Shown here: positions 41,046 through 50,303 of the stretch, in pieces
Numbering within the stretch: position 1 is the stretch's first letter
Layout of the letters: each line of letters opens with the position of its first letter
Virus record (IMG/VR): IMGVR_UViG_3300028584_001241
Strand: one strand, 5' to 3'
Origin: a virus
DNA: 64,000 nt
Notes under the pieces: model-generated
What the model was told of the DNA's origin: nothing
The model's input: only the letters and a program-made list of their open reading frames with translations
Database searches by the model: none
Translations under genes and position numbers: made by a program

Positions 41046-41819
41046 ATGAATGATCAAAATTACAAAACAGCTTTCAATAAATTATTTAATGGATATACAA
41101 CCGAAAATGAATTTTGGAGAAGACCTGATGCAAACTGGTGCGAAATCACAGGCATACTGAATATGAGTGGAAGAAAGTTCAAAGATAGTTATATTAAAGC
41201 TTATTTTTATCATAACCCAGAGACGTACATTTACACTCATTCTGCGATCACGTTTGAAAAAATACCAAAAAGAATGCTAAAAGAAATTTTTAATAATCAA
41301 AATTACAATTATGACTTAGTTGACACAATAATTAATGAACTATATACAATAGGTGAATCATTTAGTTTTTATAAAGATATGTCACCTATTCAAAATATTA
41401 ATATAGAAAACACACTAAATCTTGACCAATTTGGACAATCAACACCAAAAAATGTCACAAAAATAATATTAGCTTCTTTTTTAAAAGATAAAAGAGCAGG
41501 TTCACAACCTATAAAAAGAATGGCTAGACAATCCATAAAATTCAAATTGGTTGATGATAATATATGTCCAATAATGGAATTAATCATTCCTTATTCGAAC
41601 ACTGATTACTTCCATTCAATGATTCATTTACACCCATCAATGAAAGATAAACAAATAAACAAAATAGAAGAATTGAAAGCTGATTTTACAGTACAACTAG
41701 AAGAACAACTTGAAATTGTGTTAAATAAAAAACTTAAAATTTCTAAAAATGATATAAAGAATATGACTTTGCAAGAAAAGCGAAATTATATACCAGTTCT
41801 AGAAATGCTGACTGTTTAA
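41046..41819 (+). CDS. paralog array member 2 of 7
   Basis: Same motifs; ends VLEMLTV. Confidence 0.8.
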   Translation: MNDQNYKTAFNKLFNGYTTENEFWRRPDANWCEITGILNMSGRKFKDSYIKAYFYHNPETYIYTHSAITFEKIPKRMLKEIFNNQNYNYDLVDTIINELYTIGESFSFYKDMSPIQNINIENTLNLDQFGQSTPKNVTKIILASFLKDKRAGSQPIKRMARQSIKFKLVDDNICPIMELIIPYSNTDYFHSMIHLHPSMKDKQINKIEELKADFTVQLEEQLEIVLNKKLKISKNDIKNMTLQEKRNYIPVLEMLTV

Positions 41820-41846
41820 TGATAGCTAATTGTAACGGAAATTAAA

Positions 41847-42623
41847 ATGAATGATAAAGAACCAAATTATGTAGAAGTATTTAATATTTTCTTTGGAAAA
41901 AAACCTTTTTCTACTGAAGGTCATATTGATAAAACAGAAACAAAAACCACTTACGGTTACGATATAATGAGCATCTTTGTATCTTGTAGATTTCATAAAG
42001 TCAATGTTAATATTATGTCAAAGCCTTATAGTTATACTTGTAATATTTCTTTTAAAAACTTATCTAAACAACCTGTTAAAGAATTGTTTGACGCTAAAAA
42101 CTATAATTACGACCTAATTGATGAAACTATCAATGAACTCTTTAAAATAGGGCAATCATATAATTTTTATAAAGGCATGACACCTATTAAAAATAATAGA
42201 TTAGAAGACTCTTTTATGAGAGGCGGATATCCTAGCGGAAACAGCTCTAAAAACTTGACAAAATTAACACTGTCAGGATTTTTAACAGATAAATATACAG
42301 ATGATAATCCTTTGAAAAAAATATCGAAACAACATGTAAATTTTTATTGGTCTGAAAATAATGAAATCTATCCAATCATTACATTGTTTTTTCCTTATTC
42401 TTCAACTGCAGATTTTATTTGTTTTATTAACTTGCATCCATCACAGCGAGAGTTACAAATAAAAAATTTAATTCAAATAAAGAAAGATTTTACTGCTGAA
42501 TTAGAAGAACAGCTTAATACTGTTTTAAAAAGAAAACTTAAATTTAAAAAAGAAGATTTATTAACATTGACAACACAAGAAAAATTAAATTATATTCCGG
42601 TTGTAGAGATGGCAAGAATATAG
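41847..42623 (+). CDS. paralog array member 3 of 7
   Basis: Same motifs; ends VVEMARI at a TAG stop. Confidence 0.8.
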   Translation: MNDKEPNYVEVFNIFFGKKPFSTEGHIDKTETKTTYGYDIMSIFVSCRFHKVNVNIMSKPYSYTCNISFKNLSKQPVKELFDAKNYNYDLIDETINELFKIGQSYNFYKGMTPIKNNRLEDSFMRGGYPSGNSSKNLTKLTLSGFLTDKYTDDNPLKKISKQHVNFYWSENNEIYPIITLFFPYSSTADFICFINLHPSQRELQIKNLIQIKKDFTAELEEQLNTVLKRKLKFKKEDLLTLTTQEKLNYIPVVEMARI

Positions 42624-42658
42624 AATAGTCAAAAATATAATATTAAAATACATAAAAG

Positions 42659-43465
42659 GTGAAATATATGAGTAGTAAAGCTGATAAATATTTAATGGTT
42701 TTTAATAACTTTTTAAAAGATAAAGTAATTGATACTAGGCTTGTGCAGAAACACAATGAATCACTTTCTCAAATTATTGGTATCTACAATGATCCAAACC
42801 AAACGTTATCTAACTACTATACAACTTTAACATTTTCTCCAAATGCTTCAAAAGTCAATAATATAGAATATACTGACATATGTGATATTAGGGTCACCAA
42901 TATGCCAGATAGATATTTCGATGAAATGATGGATTCTCAAAATTATAACCACCTATTGGTTGCTGATATTATTAAAGAAGTTTTTAATATTGGCAAACGG
43001 TTTGAATTCTATCAAGAGATATCACCAATCAAGAACATAAAAATCAGTGAAGCTTTTACTAATAACGGTGATGAACGTTATGTAAGTCTAAAAAATATAG
43101 CAAAGTTAAAACTATCAACATTTTTAAAAGAAAAAGGATCAAGCATTAAAACATTAAACAAATTCATCTATTACAATATTCAATTTCTTATAAATAACGA
43201 TAATGAAATTCATCCAATAATGTATTTATTTGTTCCATATTGTTCATCTTATAATTTCATGACAACTATAAATCTACATCATTCTCAAAAAGAAAATCAA
43301 TTAAAAAGGATCGAAGAATTAAAAAATGAAGTCACTATGAAATTTGAACAACACTTAGATGGCTTATTAAATAGAAGTCTTAAGATTAAAAAAGATGAAA
43401 TCGCTAACATGTCCTTAAACGATAAGCTAAGTTATATTCCTGTACTTGAAATGAACAAAATTTAG
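42659..43465 (+). CDS. paralog array member 4 of 7
   Basis: Same motifs; ends VLEMNKI at a TAG stop. Confidence 0.8.
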   Translation: MKYMSSKADKYLMVFNNFLKDKVIDTRLVQKHNESLSQIIGIYNDPNQTLSNYYTTLTFSPNASKVNNIEYTDICDIRVTNMPDRYFDEMMDSQNYNHLLVADIIKEVFNIGKRFEFYQEISPIKNIKISEAFTNNGDERYVSLKNIAKLKLSTFLKEKGSSIKTLNKFIYYNIQFLINNDNEIHPIMYLFVPYCSSYNFMTTINLHHSQKENQLKRIEELKNEVTMKFEQHLDGLLNRSLKIKKDEIANMSLNDKLSYIPVLEMNKI

Positions 43466-43519
43466 TTGATGAGAATTGAAAAAAATGATATAATAACACT
43501 CTTCAAAGAGGTCATTTAA

Positions 43520-44344
43520 ATGGAAAAAAATAACGAACAATCAATGCTTATTAACATTTTACAAGCAACATTTAAAGAAAAGTATTTTGACGAAATAACT
43601 GTATCTGAGGGCGATAGTTATTCTGGAACTGTTGTCAAATTAAATTTGAAAGATAGTGATGGTTTCATAAGTTGTAAATTTAGAGGGCGAGGGCATATTA
43701 ATTTTTCCATGAATTATGAATCTGAATGTGTCATTGGTTTTAAAAACATAGAAATACCTATGATCGCCACATTACTTAATGAGAATAACTACAATTATGA
43801 AATCGTTAAGCAATCAATCAATGAATTTTTTAAGCTGGGTGAGAAATGTAAATTATTTAAGTCATTGAAAAAAGTTAAAAGCTTAAAAATAGAAGATAAC
43901 TTATCAATGGGACATAGGTGGGATAACGGTGATTATGAGACTCTATTTTCATATACTCAAAATATTTCAAATATACAGTTTTCAAATTTCTACAAAACTG
44001 AGAATCATAAAAAAGCGATTAGACCTAAAAAATTGAAGGGTAAAAATATGACGTTGTATTATAAATTTACACTTAAAAATGGCAAACTACAGCCTTTTGC
44101 TCATATTGATTATCCAGTAGCTCCTAACGTTAGTATTCCATTTGTTTACAATATTCATGCTGATTTCATTGAAGAATCTAATGATAAATTTAAGAAATAC
44201 TACAATGAATTGGAAGAAAGACTTAATAAAAGAGTTAATCAAATTTTGAAAAAAGATTTAAATTTGACTGATAAAACTCTATCAGAACTGTCAATAGATG
44301 ATAAATTAAACTATTTGATAATTGCTGAAATGTCAGAAATATAA
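43520..44344 (+). CDS. paralog array member 5 of 7
   Basis: NYNYE..INEFF..G; ends IAEMSEI. Confidence 0.8.
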   Translation: MEKNNEQSMLINILQATFKEKYFDEITVSEGDSYSGTVVKLNLKDSDGFISCKFRGRGHINFSMNYESECVIGFKNIEIPMIATLLNENNYNYEIVKQSINEFFKLGEKCKLFKSLKKVKSLKIEDNLSMGHRWDNGDYETLFSYTQNISNIQFSNFYKTENHKKAIRPKKLKGKNMTLYYKFTLKNGKLQPFAHIDYPVAPNVSIPFVYNIHADFIEESNDKFKKYYNELEERLNKRVNQILKKDLNLTDKTLSELSIDDKLNYLIIAEMSEI

Positions 44345-44362
44345 TAGCATCATCTTAAACCT

Positions 44363-45220
44363 ATGGAGACAATAATGAATCAAGATCAAATCACTTGTTT
44401 AGAAGCCTACTTGAAAATATTCAATGGAACGCTTTTTGATCAACCATCCTTCTATGATGCAAGTGGACAGACTAGTATTGGTTCTATTATCGCCATAAAT
44501 AAAATCCAAAATGCTGACATATCAATACAAGATGAAAACATTAAACAATCAATCCAGATAGGTTTTGGAAAAAACAATAATTATATGTATAAAGATCATG
44601 ACTATGATTTCAATTGTTTATTCCAATTTACCAATATTAATAAAAAAATGGTCGCTTCTTTTTTCCAGAATATAAAATACAATTATGATGTTATTCATGA
44701 TGCAATCCATGCTTTTTATAAGATAGGTCATGATTATGGACTATTTGACTCAATGGACACAATAGCTGATTTAAGACTGCAAAATTTCTTTAAAGCTCCT
44801 TATAAAGCCAATGGAAAATCAAATAAGTTAACTTCTACTGGAATAAAAGTATCCGAGATAAACTTTACTGACTTCTTTAAAACAAAGAAGAACGCTCATA
44901 AGGGCAAGCTGAAAAGTAGAAGGCTTTCTGTCTATTATAAATTTATAGTGAAAGATGGTGAAATACATCCATTGGTTTTGGTATCAATTCCAGTATCTAT
45001 TAATCATACACAAAGCATTACATTAGACATTCATCCGTCTGCAAAAGAATTTAATGAAAAGAAGCTAATAGAAGGTTTGGAAAAACTTGATGAAACATTA
45101 AAAGAGCGAATTGATATGATCCTTCGTAAAGAATTAAAATTAAAAAATAAATTTTTAGAGACACTGACCTTTGAAGATAAATTGAATTATTTAAAAGTCG
45201 CTGAGATGGCAATGATTTAA
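44363..45220 (+). CDS. paralog array member 6 of 7
   Basis: GEIHP, DIHPS; ends VAEMAMI. Confidence 0.8.
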   Translation: METIMNQDQITCLEAYLKIFNGTLFDQPSFYDASGQTSIGSIIAINKIQNADISIQDENIKQSIQIGFGKNNNYMYKDHDYDFNCLFQFTNINKKMVASFFQNIKYNYDVIHDAIHAFYKIGHDYGLFDSMDTIADLRLQNFFKAPYKANGKSNKLTSTGIKVSEINFTDFFKTKKNAHKGKLKSRRLSVYYKFIVKDGEIHPLVLVSIPVSINHTQSITLDIHPSAKEFNEKKLIEGLEKLDETLKERIDMILRKELKLKNKFLETLTFEDKLNYLKVAEMAMI

Positions 45221-45236
45221 GCTAAGAGGTGGCCTA

Positions 45237-46031
45237 ATGTTAAATAGAGATATATTGTTATCAGCGTACAAAAAAATGTTTGATAACACACCATTTGAAA
45301 AGTATCTACATCCTAAAGACACGTATTATGAATACCGTATTGTAGGCATTGATGAAAGTGTTCAAAGAAATACCAGTTCGGTGGCATGTGTATTTACAAA
45401 AGCAAACCCAGATAAAATGATACCGAATATAAAGTATGAATACATATGCACAATGGCTTTTAATTATGTAACAAATGCAGTCATTGATGAATTCTTTCGA
45501 TCAAAAAATTATGACTATGAACTTGTTAATAGAGCGTTAAAAGAAGTGACTGATTTAGGTATTGAATATGGTTTTATTAAAGAGTTTACAATAGGGGACT
45601 TTTCAGTAGAAGAACAATTTAAAAGCACACTAATTAACAAAACAAGTTCGTTTAGACCAGCCGGTGTGATTACTTTTTCAAATGCTTTAGTTGAATTTGA
45701 TAATGATTTTGGGAAAATGATTTATAAAAGAACACTGAATGTCGAGGTTGTTTTCATCGTCAAGAATAATGAAATACATCCAGTATTGATGATAGCGTTT
45801 CCATTCACTGCTAAAAAGAAATATTACATGTATCTCGATATACATAAAGATCACAAACATAATCATGAGTATGAGTTGTTAAATATACAACAAAGTTGTA
45901 TTAAAAAGATGAACGAACACGTTGATATTTTATTAATGGAAAACTTTAAGATGAATAATTCAGATCTGAATAAAATGAATTTAGAGGCCAAGCTCGATTA
46001 TCTTAAAGTTCTTGAGATGGGAATGATTTAA
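45237..46031 (+). CDS. paralog array member 7 of 7
   Basis: NYDYE, NEIHP; ends VLEMGMI. Confidence 0.8.
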   Translation: MLNRDILLSAYKKMFDNTPFEKYLHPKDTYYEYRIVGIDESVQRNTSSVACVFTKANPDKMIPNIKYEYICTMAFNYVTNAVIDEFFRSKNYDYELVNRALKEVTDLGIEYGFIKEFTIGDFSVEEQFKSTLINKTSSFRPAGVITFSNALVEFDNDFGKMIYKRTLNVEVVFIVKNNEIHPVLMIAFPFTAKKKYYMYLDIHKDHKHNHEYELLNIQQSCIKKMNEHVDILLMENFKMNNSDLNKMNLEAKLDYLKVLEMGMI

Positions 46032-46046
46032 AAATAGCTTAATTTT

Positions 46047-46862
46047 TTATTGAAATAATAACATCGAAATAAGCGATATTTCATTTTCACTCAAATGAAA
46101 GATATCGTCTTTTGATTTATATTCAAGATTAAACTTTAATTTGTAGTAATCAAAAGAATAATAAAATCTAAGTAAAATGAGTTCATTACTAGACAGTAAT
46201 TCATTATCAAACATTATCTTATGTTCACTTAAATTAAATGAAGCTTTCTTTTTTGTAATCTTGGATATTAAGTCAATATGATCTTTATAGGTGGCGACAA
46301 TGAATGTCGTATTCTTACGATGAATTGAAAAATAAGAATTTTCTTCATCCAATTCACCAAATTCATTATAAGTAATAAACTTAGGTGTCGTATGACATGA
46401 TGCATTATAATAATTTAAGTCAGACTGATTAGGATCAACATCAAGGTAAGTCAATGATTTGATTGTGCCTAATTCATCATAGATACTTCTAACAGGTTTG
46501 TTTACATTATCTTTGTACATACCATAAATACCTTTAGGTATGAATTTTACACTCATTAACTGAAAGTAAGGGTCAAACCCAATAACCAGAGGTTTTACTG
46601 AGCTATCAATAGTTTTTAAAAGTGTTGTCAAATCGTTGTCAAAGATATTGAATCTGAATAGTTTTGTTTCATTGTCAATCAACAAGTAAATATTTAATCC
46701 AACAACTTTTGTTTCTTCAAAGTCATCATCAATAAGAATAACGACTTTTTCAATATCTTCATAAACGTAGGGGAATGGAGTATTGTCAAAAGTAATACCA
46801 GAAACACTTAATATCTCTTTGCCTGCTGCAGTGAATGACATGTCTACATGTTTTAGATCCAT
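46047..46862 (-). CDS. hypothetical protein
   Basis: AGGAG SD; ends SENEISLISMLLFQ. Confidence 0.75.
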   Translation of the reverse strand: MDLKHVDMSFTAAGKEILSVSGITFDNTPFPYVYEDIEKVVILIDDDFEETKVVGLNIYLLIDNETKLFRFNIFDNDLTTLLKTIDSSVKPLVIGFDPYFQLMSVKFIPKGIYGMYKDNVNKPVRSIYDELGTIKSLTYLDVDPNQSDLNYYNASCHTTPKFITYNEFGELDEENSYFSIHRKNTTFIVATYKDHIDLISKITKKKASFNLSEHKIMFDNELLSSNELILLRFYYSFDYYKLKFNLEYKSKDDIFHLSENEISLISMLLFQ

Positions 46863-46976
46863 AAAAAACTCCTATGTTAACATGTTAATTTCTTATGATT
46901 ATAATGTCAAATTTTAAAGCGTCAGCATATGTAGCGAATATCTAATATAGAGTAAAGATAAGTATTAATTTATAAT

Positions 46977-47300
46977 CTATTTTGTAGGAAGCTGAATGAC
47001 TGGAGTAGGGCTGTAATAATTCATTTTGTGGTAATTAGTAGAATACTTCATTGATAACAATATAACCAATACAATGATAGCAGATACTCTAAAAATATTA
47101 GCAGCCGCGACTGTTTTACTTTTCATAGCTAATAAAATAAGGATAGCAAAAACACACAGGAATAATAATGATGTAATGAGGGTGGCCTTTAACACATCAG
47201 GGTTGATGTAATCACCTTGTTCGATGGTTCTATTGACTGCAGCCATAACGGATGAAGATGACATAAATAGTGAGAGTGATATAATCGCTTTATTAAACAT
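46977..47300 (-). CDS. small membrane protein
   Basis: Signal peptide plus two TM helices. Confidence 0.7.
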   Translation of the reverse strand: MFNKAIISLSLFMSSSSVMAAVNRTIEQGDYINPDVLKATLITSLLFLCVFAILILLAMKSKTVAAANIFRVSAIIVLVILLSMKYSTNYHKMNYYSPTPVIQLPTK

Positions 47301-47452
47301 AATAATTCTCTTTTAGTCCTTACCTATATTTTAGATCGTTTAAAGTAGATTACAATATATAAACAAATATTTATTTTTAAGCAGTAAAAGAGTAAAAATA
47401 AGCAATAAAAAAGACGATCTGAAATCGTCTTTTTTTATCTAGTATTTAAAGA

Positions 47453-48199
47453 TTAAATATCGTAGAGGTCAGGCTCAAACCAGTTTACACACTTCAAAAA
47501 CTTATGTGCTCTGTAAACTTTACCGCCAACCGTTTGCTCAGAAGATGAATAAACAACTTGGAATGGCTTACCATTTGATTGTATCAATGGTGAATCTTTG
47601 GAGTAAACATCGACACCTTTATCACGATAAAATTTCAATGTAGCGGCAGTGTCAACATCATTTTCACACAATTTGCTCATGTTACTGTCAGTGACTTTCT
47701 GAACAAGTCTGGTTACATCTACATTGTAGAATGCAGCAAGAGACATCAGGTAGGTGTCTAAACTAATGATTTCTTCCATCATTTCATTCGCTGTTGCTTT
47801 CTCTTGAATACTTTCAATAACAGCATCTATTAGGTTCTTTATGTCGTCATAAACAGTAGTGTACAATTCAGGTGTTGGTATTTCACTCAAAAATTCTACA
47901 ATGTGTTGATTAGCTTTTGCTTCAACATAGTTGACATTCAAGAAATGTGGTAGCCCATAAAGGAATACAAGCAAGTCAGCAACAGCGTCAACCATTTCTT
48001 TACGACCATCTTTATCTTGTGGGTCTTTGATTAAAAGTGCGAAACCATCATCACGCAACTCATCTAACTCATCATAAAGATTTTTAGCTTGGTTATAAAG
48101 CTTTTCATAGTTTGTTACCGTTGTTCCAGTAACGCTAGAACCAAAGAGATTCCCGAAAGCAGTGTTAGTGTCAGATATATTTTTATACGGTTTGTTCAT
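47453..48199 (-). CDS. MazG-like all-alpha NTP pyrophosphatase (DR2231/dUTPase-like)
   Basis: DELDEL...EMVDAVADLLVFLYG...VTDSNMSK. Confidence 0.8.
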   Translation of the reverse strand: MNKPYKNISDTNTAFGNLFGSSVTGTTVTNYEKLYNQAKNLYDELDELRDDGFALLIKDPQDKDGRKEMVDAVADLLVFLYGLPHFLNVNYVEAKANQHIVEFLSEIPTPELYTTVYDDIKNLIDAVIESIQEKATANEMMEEIISLDTYLMSLAAFYNVDVTRLVQKVTDSNMSKLCENDVDTAATLKFYRDKGVDVYSKDSPLIQSNGKPFQVVYSSSEQTVGGKVYRAHKFLKCVNWFEPDLYDI

Positions 48200-48350
48200 T
48201 TATACTTCCTCTTGAATAATAGGAAATAAGTTAACATTAAAAAAACAAAAGTCAAAAAAAAAAGATAATAAAAAAAGACCATAACTATTGATTTATCAAT
48301 AATTAATGATACTGTTTTGGTGTTAAAGATTATAAAAAGAGGATTTTTCA

Positions 48351-48995
48351 ATGTCAAAATATGGCGATTTTAACCAGTTATTAGATAAAGACGAAATAGA
48401 AGCTGAAATACAAAAATTAGGTAAACATCACGATATAAAGTTTATTAAGACTTACATGGCAATGGCATTCCAAGCCAGTCATTTGTCCTATTGTGCTAGA
48501 TTGAAAGTGGGATCATTAATTGTGACACCTAACAATGAAATGTTAATGGGCTATAATGGAACACCATCTGGTTATGATAATGTTTGTGAGTTGCCGGGAC
48601 AAGATGTAACTAATCCTATCACCTTACATGGTGAAGCAAATGGTATGTCAAAAGCAGAACAAAGCACACTGAGTATTAAAAACGCTTCGTTATTTGTGAC
48701 CCATATTCCTTGTATAGAATGTTCAAAAAGAATTATTCAGAGCGGAATGAAACGAGTATTCTATGTGAATGATTATAGATTGACTGATGGATTAGAGTTG
48801 TTGACCGATTTCCGTTCTAAAATTCAAGTCATTAAGCTTTCGGCTGACACTTACGAGATAGAGCGAATACACGGTTATTACGTGCCGAATCTTAATGTTG
48901 AAAGTGAATACGTTTACAATATACTGCTTAAACAGATAGAAGATTTAAGAAATGAAATAAAGTTATCAAAATGTAATTGTTTAAAATGTAATTAA
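48351..48995 (+). CDS. dCMP deaminase (ComEB-like)
   Basis: KVGSLIV, GYNGTPSG, HGEAN, PCIEC. Confidence 0.92.
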   Translation: MSKYGDFNQLLDKDEIEAEIQKLGKHHDIKFIKTYMAMAFQASHLSYCARLKVGSLIVTPNNEMLMGYNGTPSGYDNVCELPGQDVTNPITLHGEANGMSKAEQSTLSIKNASLFVTHIPCIECSKRIIQSGMKRVFYVNDYRLTDGLELLTDFRSKIQVIKLSADTYEIERIHGYYVPNLNVESEYVYNILLKQIEDLRNEIKLSKCNCLKCN

Positions 48996-49033
48996 ACTGT
49001 AAGGCAAGATTTAGATCTTGTCTTTTTTCGGAG

Positions 49034-49327
49034 GTGTCTATGATAGATATACATTTGGGTTTAACAGGTGTGTCATTGTTCATATCCGTAATTGTCTGTT
49101 ACAAATATTTCAGATACAACTACTTAGTTATCACTGGGACTGTATATGATATTGAAATGGCTGTCATCATTTTATTAAGTTTATTGAATGCATTCCTTTG
49201 TATTATCATTTTAAAAGAACAGATTGATTCAGTTTTCTTGTTGGGTGGTGTGCTCAATTATATTGGTATATTTACACTCGGATCAAAAGTAACAACGGCT
49301 CGGTTAAATCAAATGGATATAGAATAA
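49034..49327 (+). CDS. small membrane protein
   Basis: Three hydrophobic segments, GGAGG SD. Confidence 0.6.
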   Translation: MSMIDIHLGLTGVSLFISVIVCYKYFRYNYLVITGTVYDIEMAVIILLSLLNAFLCIIILKEQIDSVFLLGGVLNYIGIFTLGSKVTTARLNQMDIE

Positions 49328-49373
49328 GAAAAGGTCACTTAGGTGACCTTTTTTTACATCTATCAATTCTAAA

Positions 49374-49946
49374 TTAAGCAACCTTATGCTCTTTGATAAG
49401 CTTTTTAGGCATTCTAGGTTTTTTAATTTCTTTACACACTGTCTTAAATTGAATAGACACTGGCGTTTTGCTTGACTCCATAACGGTAACTTCAAAAACA
49501 TAACCAATCTTGGTAAAATATTCAATCAATGAATCGACTGAAAACTTATCAATCTTTTTATTAACCAAGTCACTCACTCGTGGTTGTTTAATATTAAGAA
49601 TTTCTTGGACTTGACGTTGTTTAAATTTATTAGTAACAATAATTTCACCGATGTAAGTCACCAAACGTGTTTTAATTGTGTCGATATAATTAACATCATC
49701 AGCATGGTAACCCTCAATTACATAGCCAATTTTGTTTAGATACTCTAACAAAGAATCTATTGAAAATTTTTCAACTTTACCATTTACTAAATCGCTGACA
49801 CGCGGCTGTTTGATATTTAAAAGCTGTTCAACTTCTCTTTGCTTTAGTTTCTTATGAGCAATAAGTCTTGCAATGGTTTTCGCTAATTTTTGTTTAACGC
49901 CATCCAAGTCTACTACGCTATTGCAAATAGCAACTTCTTGTTTCAT
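49374..49946 (-). CDS. transcriptional regulator with two tandem XRE-type HTH domains
   Basis: LNIKQPRVSDLVN.K..KFS.DSL.EY..KIGY occurs twice. Confidence 0.88.
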   Translation of the reverse strand: MKQEVAICNSVVDLDGVKQKLAKTIARLIAHKKLKQREVEQLLNIKQPRVSDLVNGKVEKFSIDSLLEYLNKIGYVIEGYHADDVNYIDTIKTRLVTYIGEIIVTNKFKQRQVQEILNIKQPRVSDLVNKKIDKFSVDSLIEYFTKIGYVFEVTVMESSKTPVSIQFKTVCKEIKKPRMPKKLIKEHKVA

Positions 49947-50136
49947 TTTTATCTCCTTAATGAATAATACTTGTTATTATATATTTACATTATCATTTTG
50001 TCAATTTTTAAAGGTCATTTTTTAAAAAAAATGTATATAAAATCATAACCTTAGATAAATAGAGGATTCCAGAGGTGTTGGTTAGTACTGGACCATATGG
50101 TCAAGAAAGTTCATTAAAAAATATATTTAAATAAGC

Positions 50137-50165
50137 TTGACCTTTATGTACCATTTAGCTATAAT
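50137..50165 (+). promoter_or_regulatory. sigma70 promoter with no downstream CDS
   Basis: TTGACC-17-TATAAT. Confidence 0.75.
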
Positions 50166-50170
50166 GAGCG

Positions 50171-50254
50171 TCCCCCAAATAATAATAATAATATTATATA
50201 CCCACTGTACTGGCTCATAAGTTATCCCCCAATCCGACTTATGAGCTTTTTTTT
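50171..50254 (+). ncRNA. candidate ~85-nt small RNA
   Basis: Lies between the promoter and terminator GCTCATAAGT/ACTTATGAGC+T8; contains (AAT)5 and two TCCCCCAA. Confidence 0.6.
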
Positions 50255-50303
50255 GTCCAAAAAAAAATACTCCCGCAGGAGTATTTAATTTATTTGTAAC
50301 AAT

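Noticed and set aside
50164-50220. Leader peptide MSVPQIIIIILYTHCTGS with five ATA codons (attenuator-like)
   Set aside because: The ATG overlaps the -10 box, there is no SD, and no co-oriented gene follows the terminator
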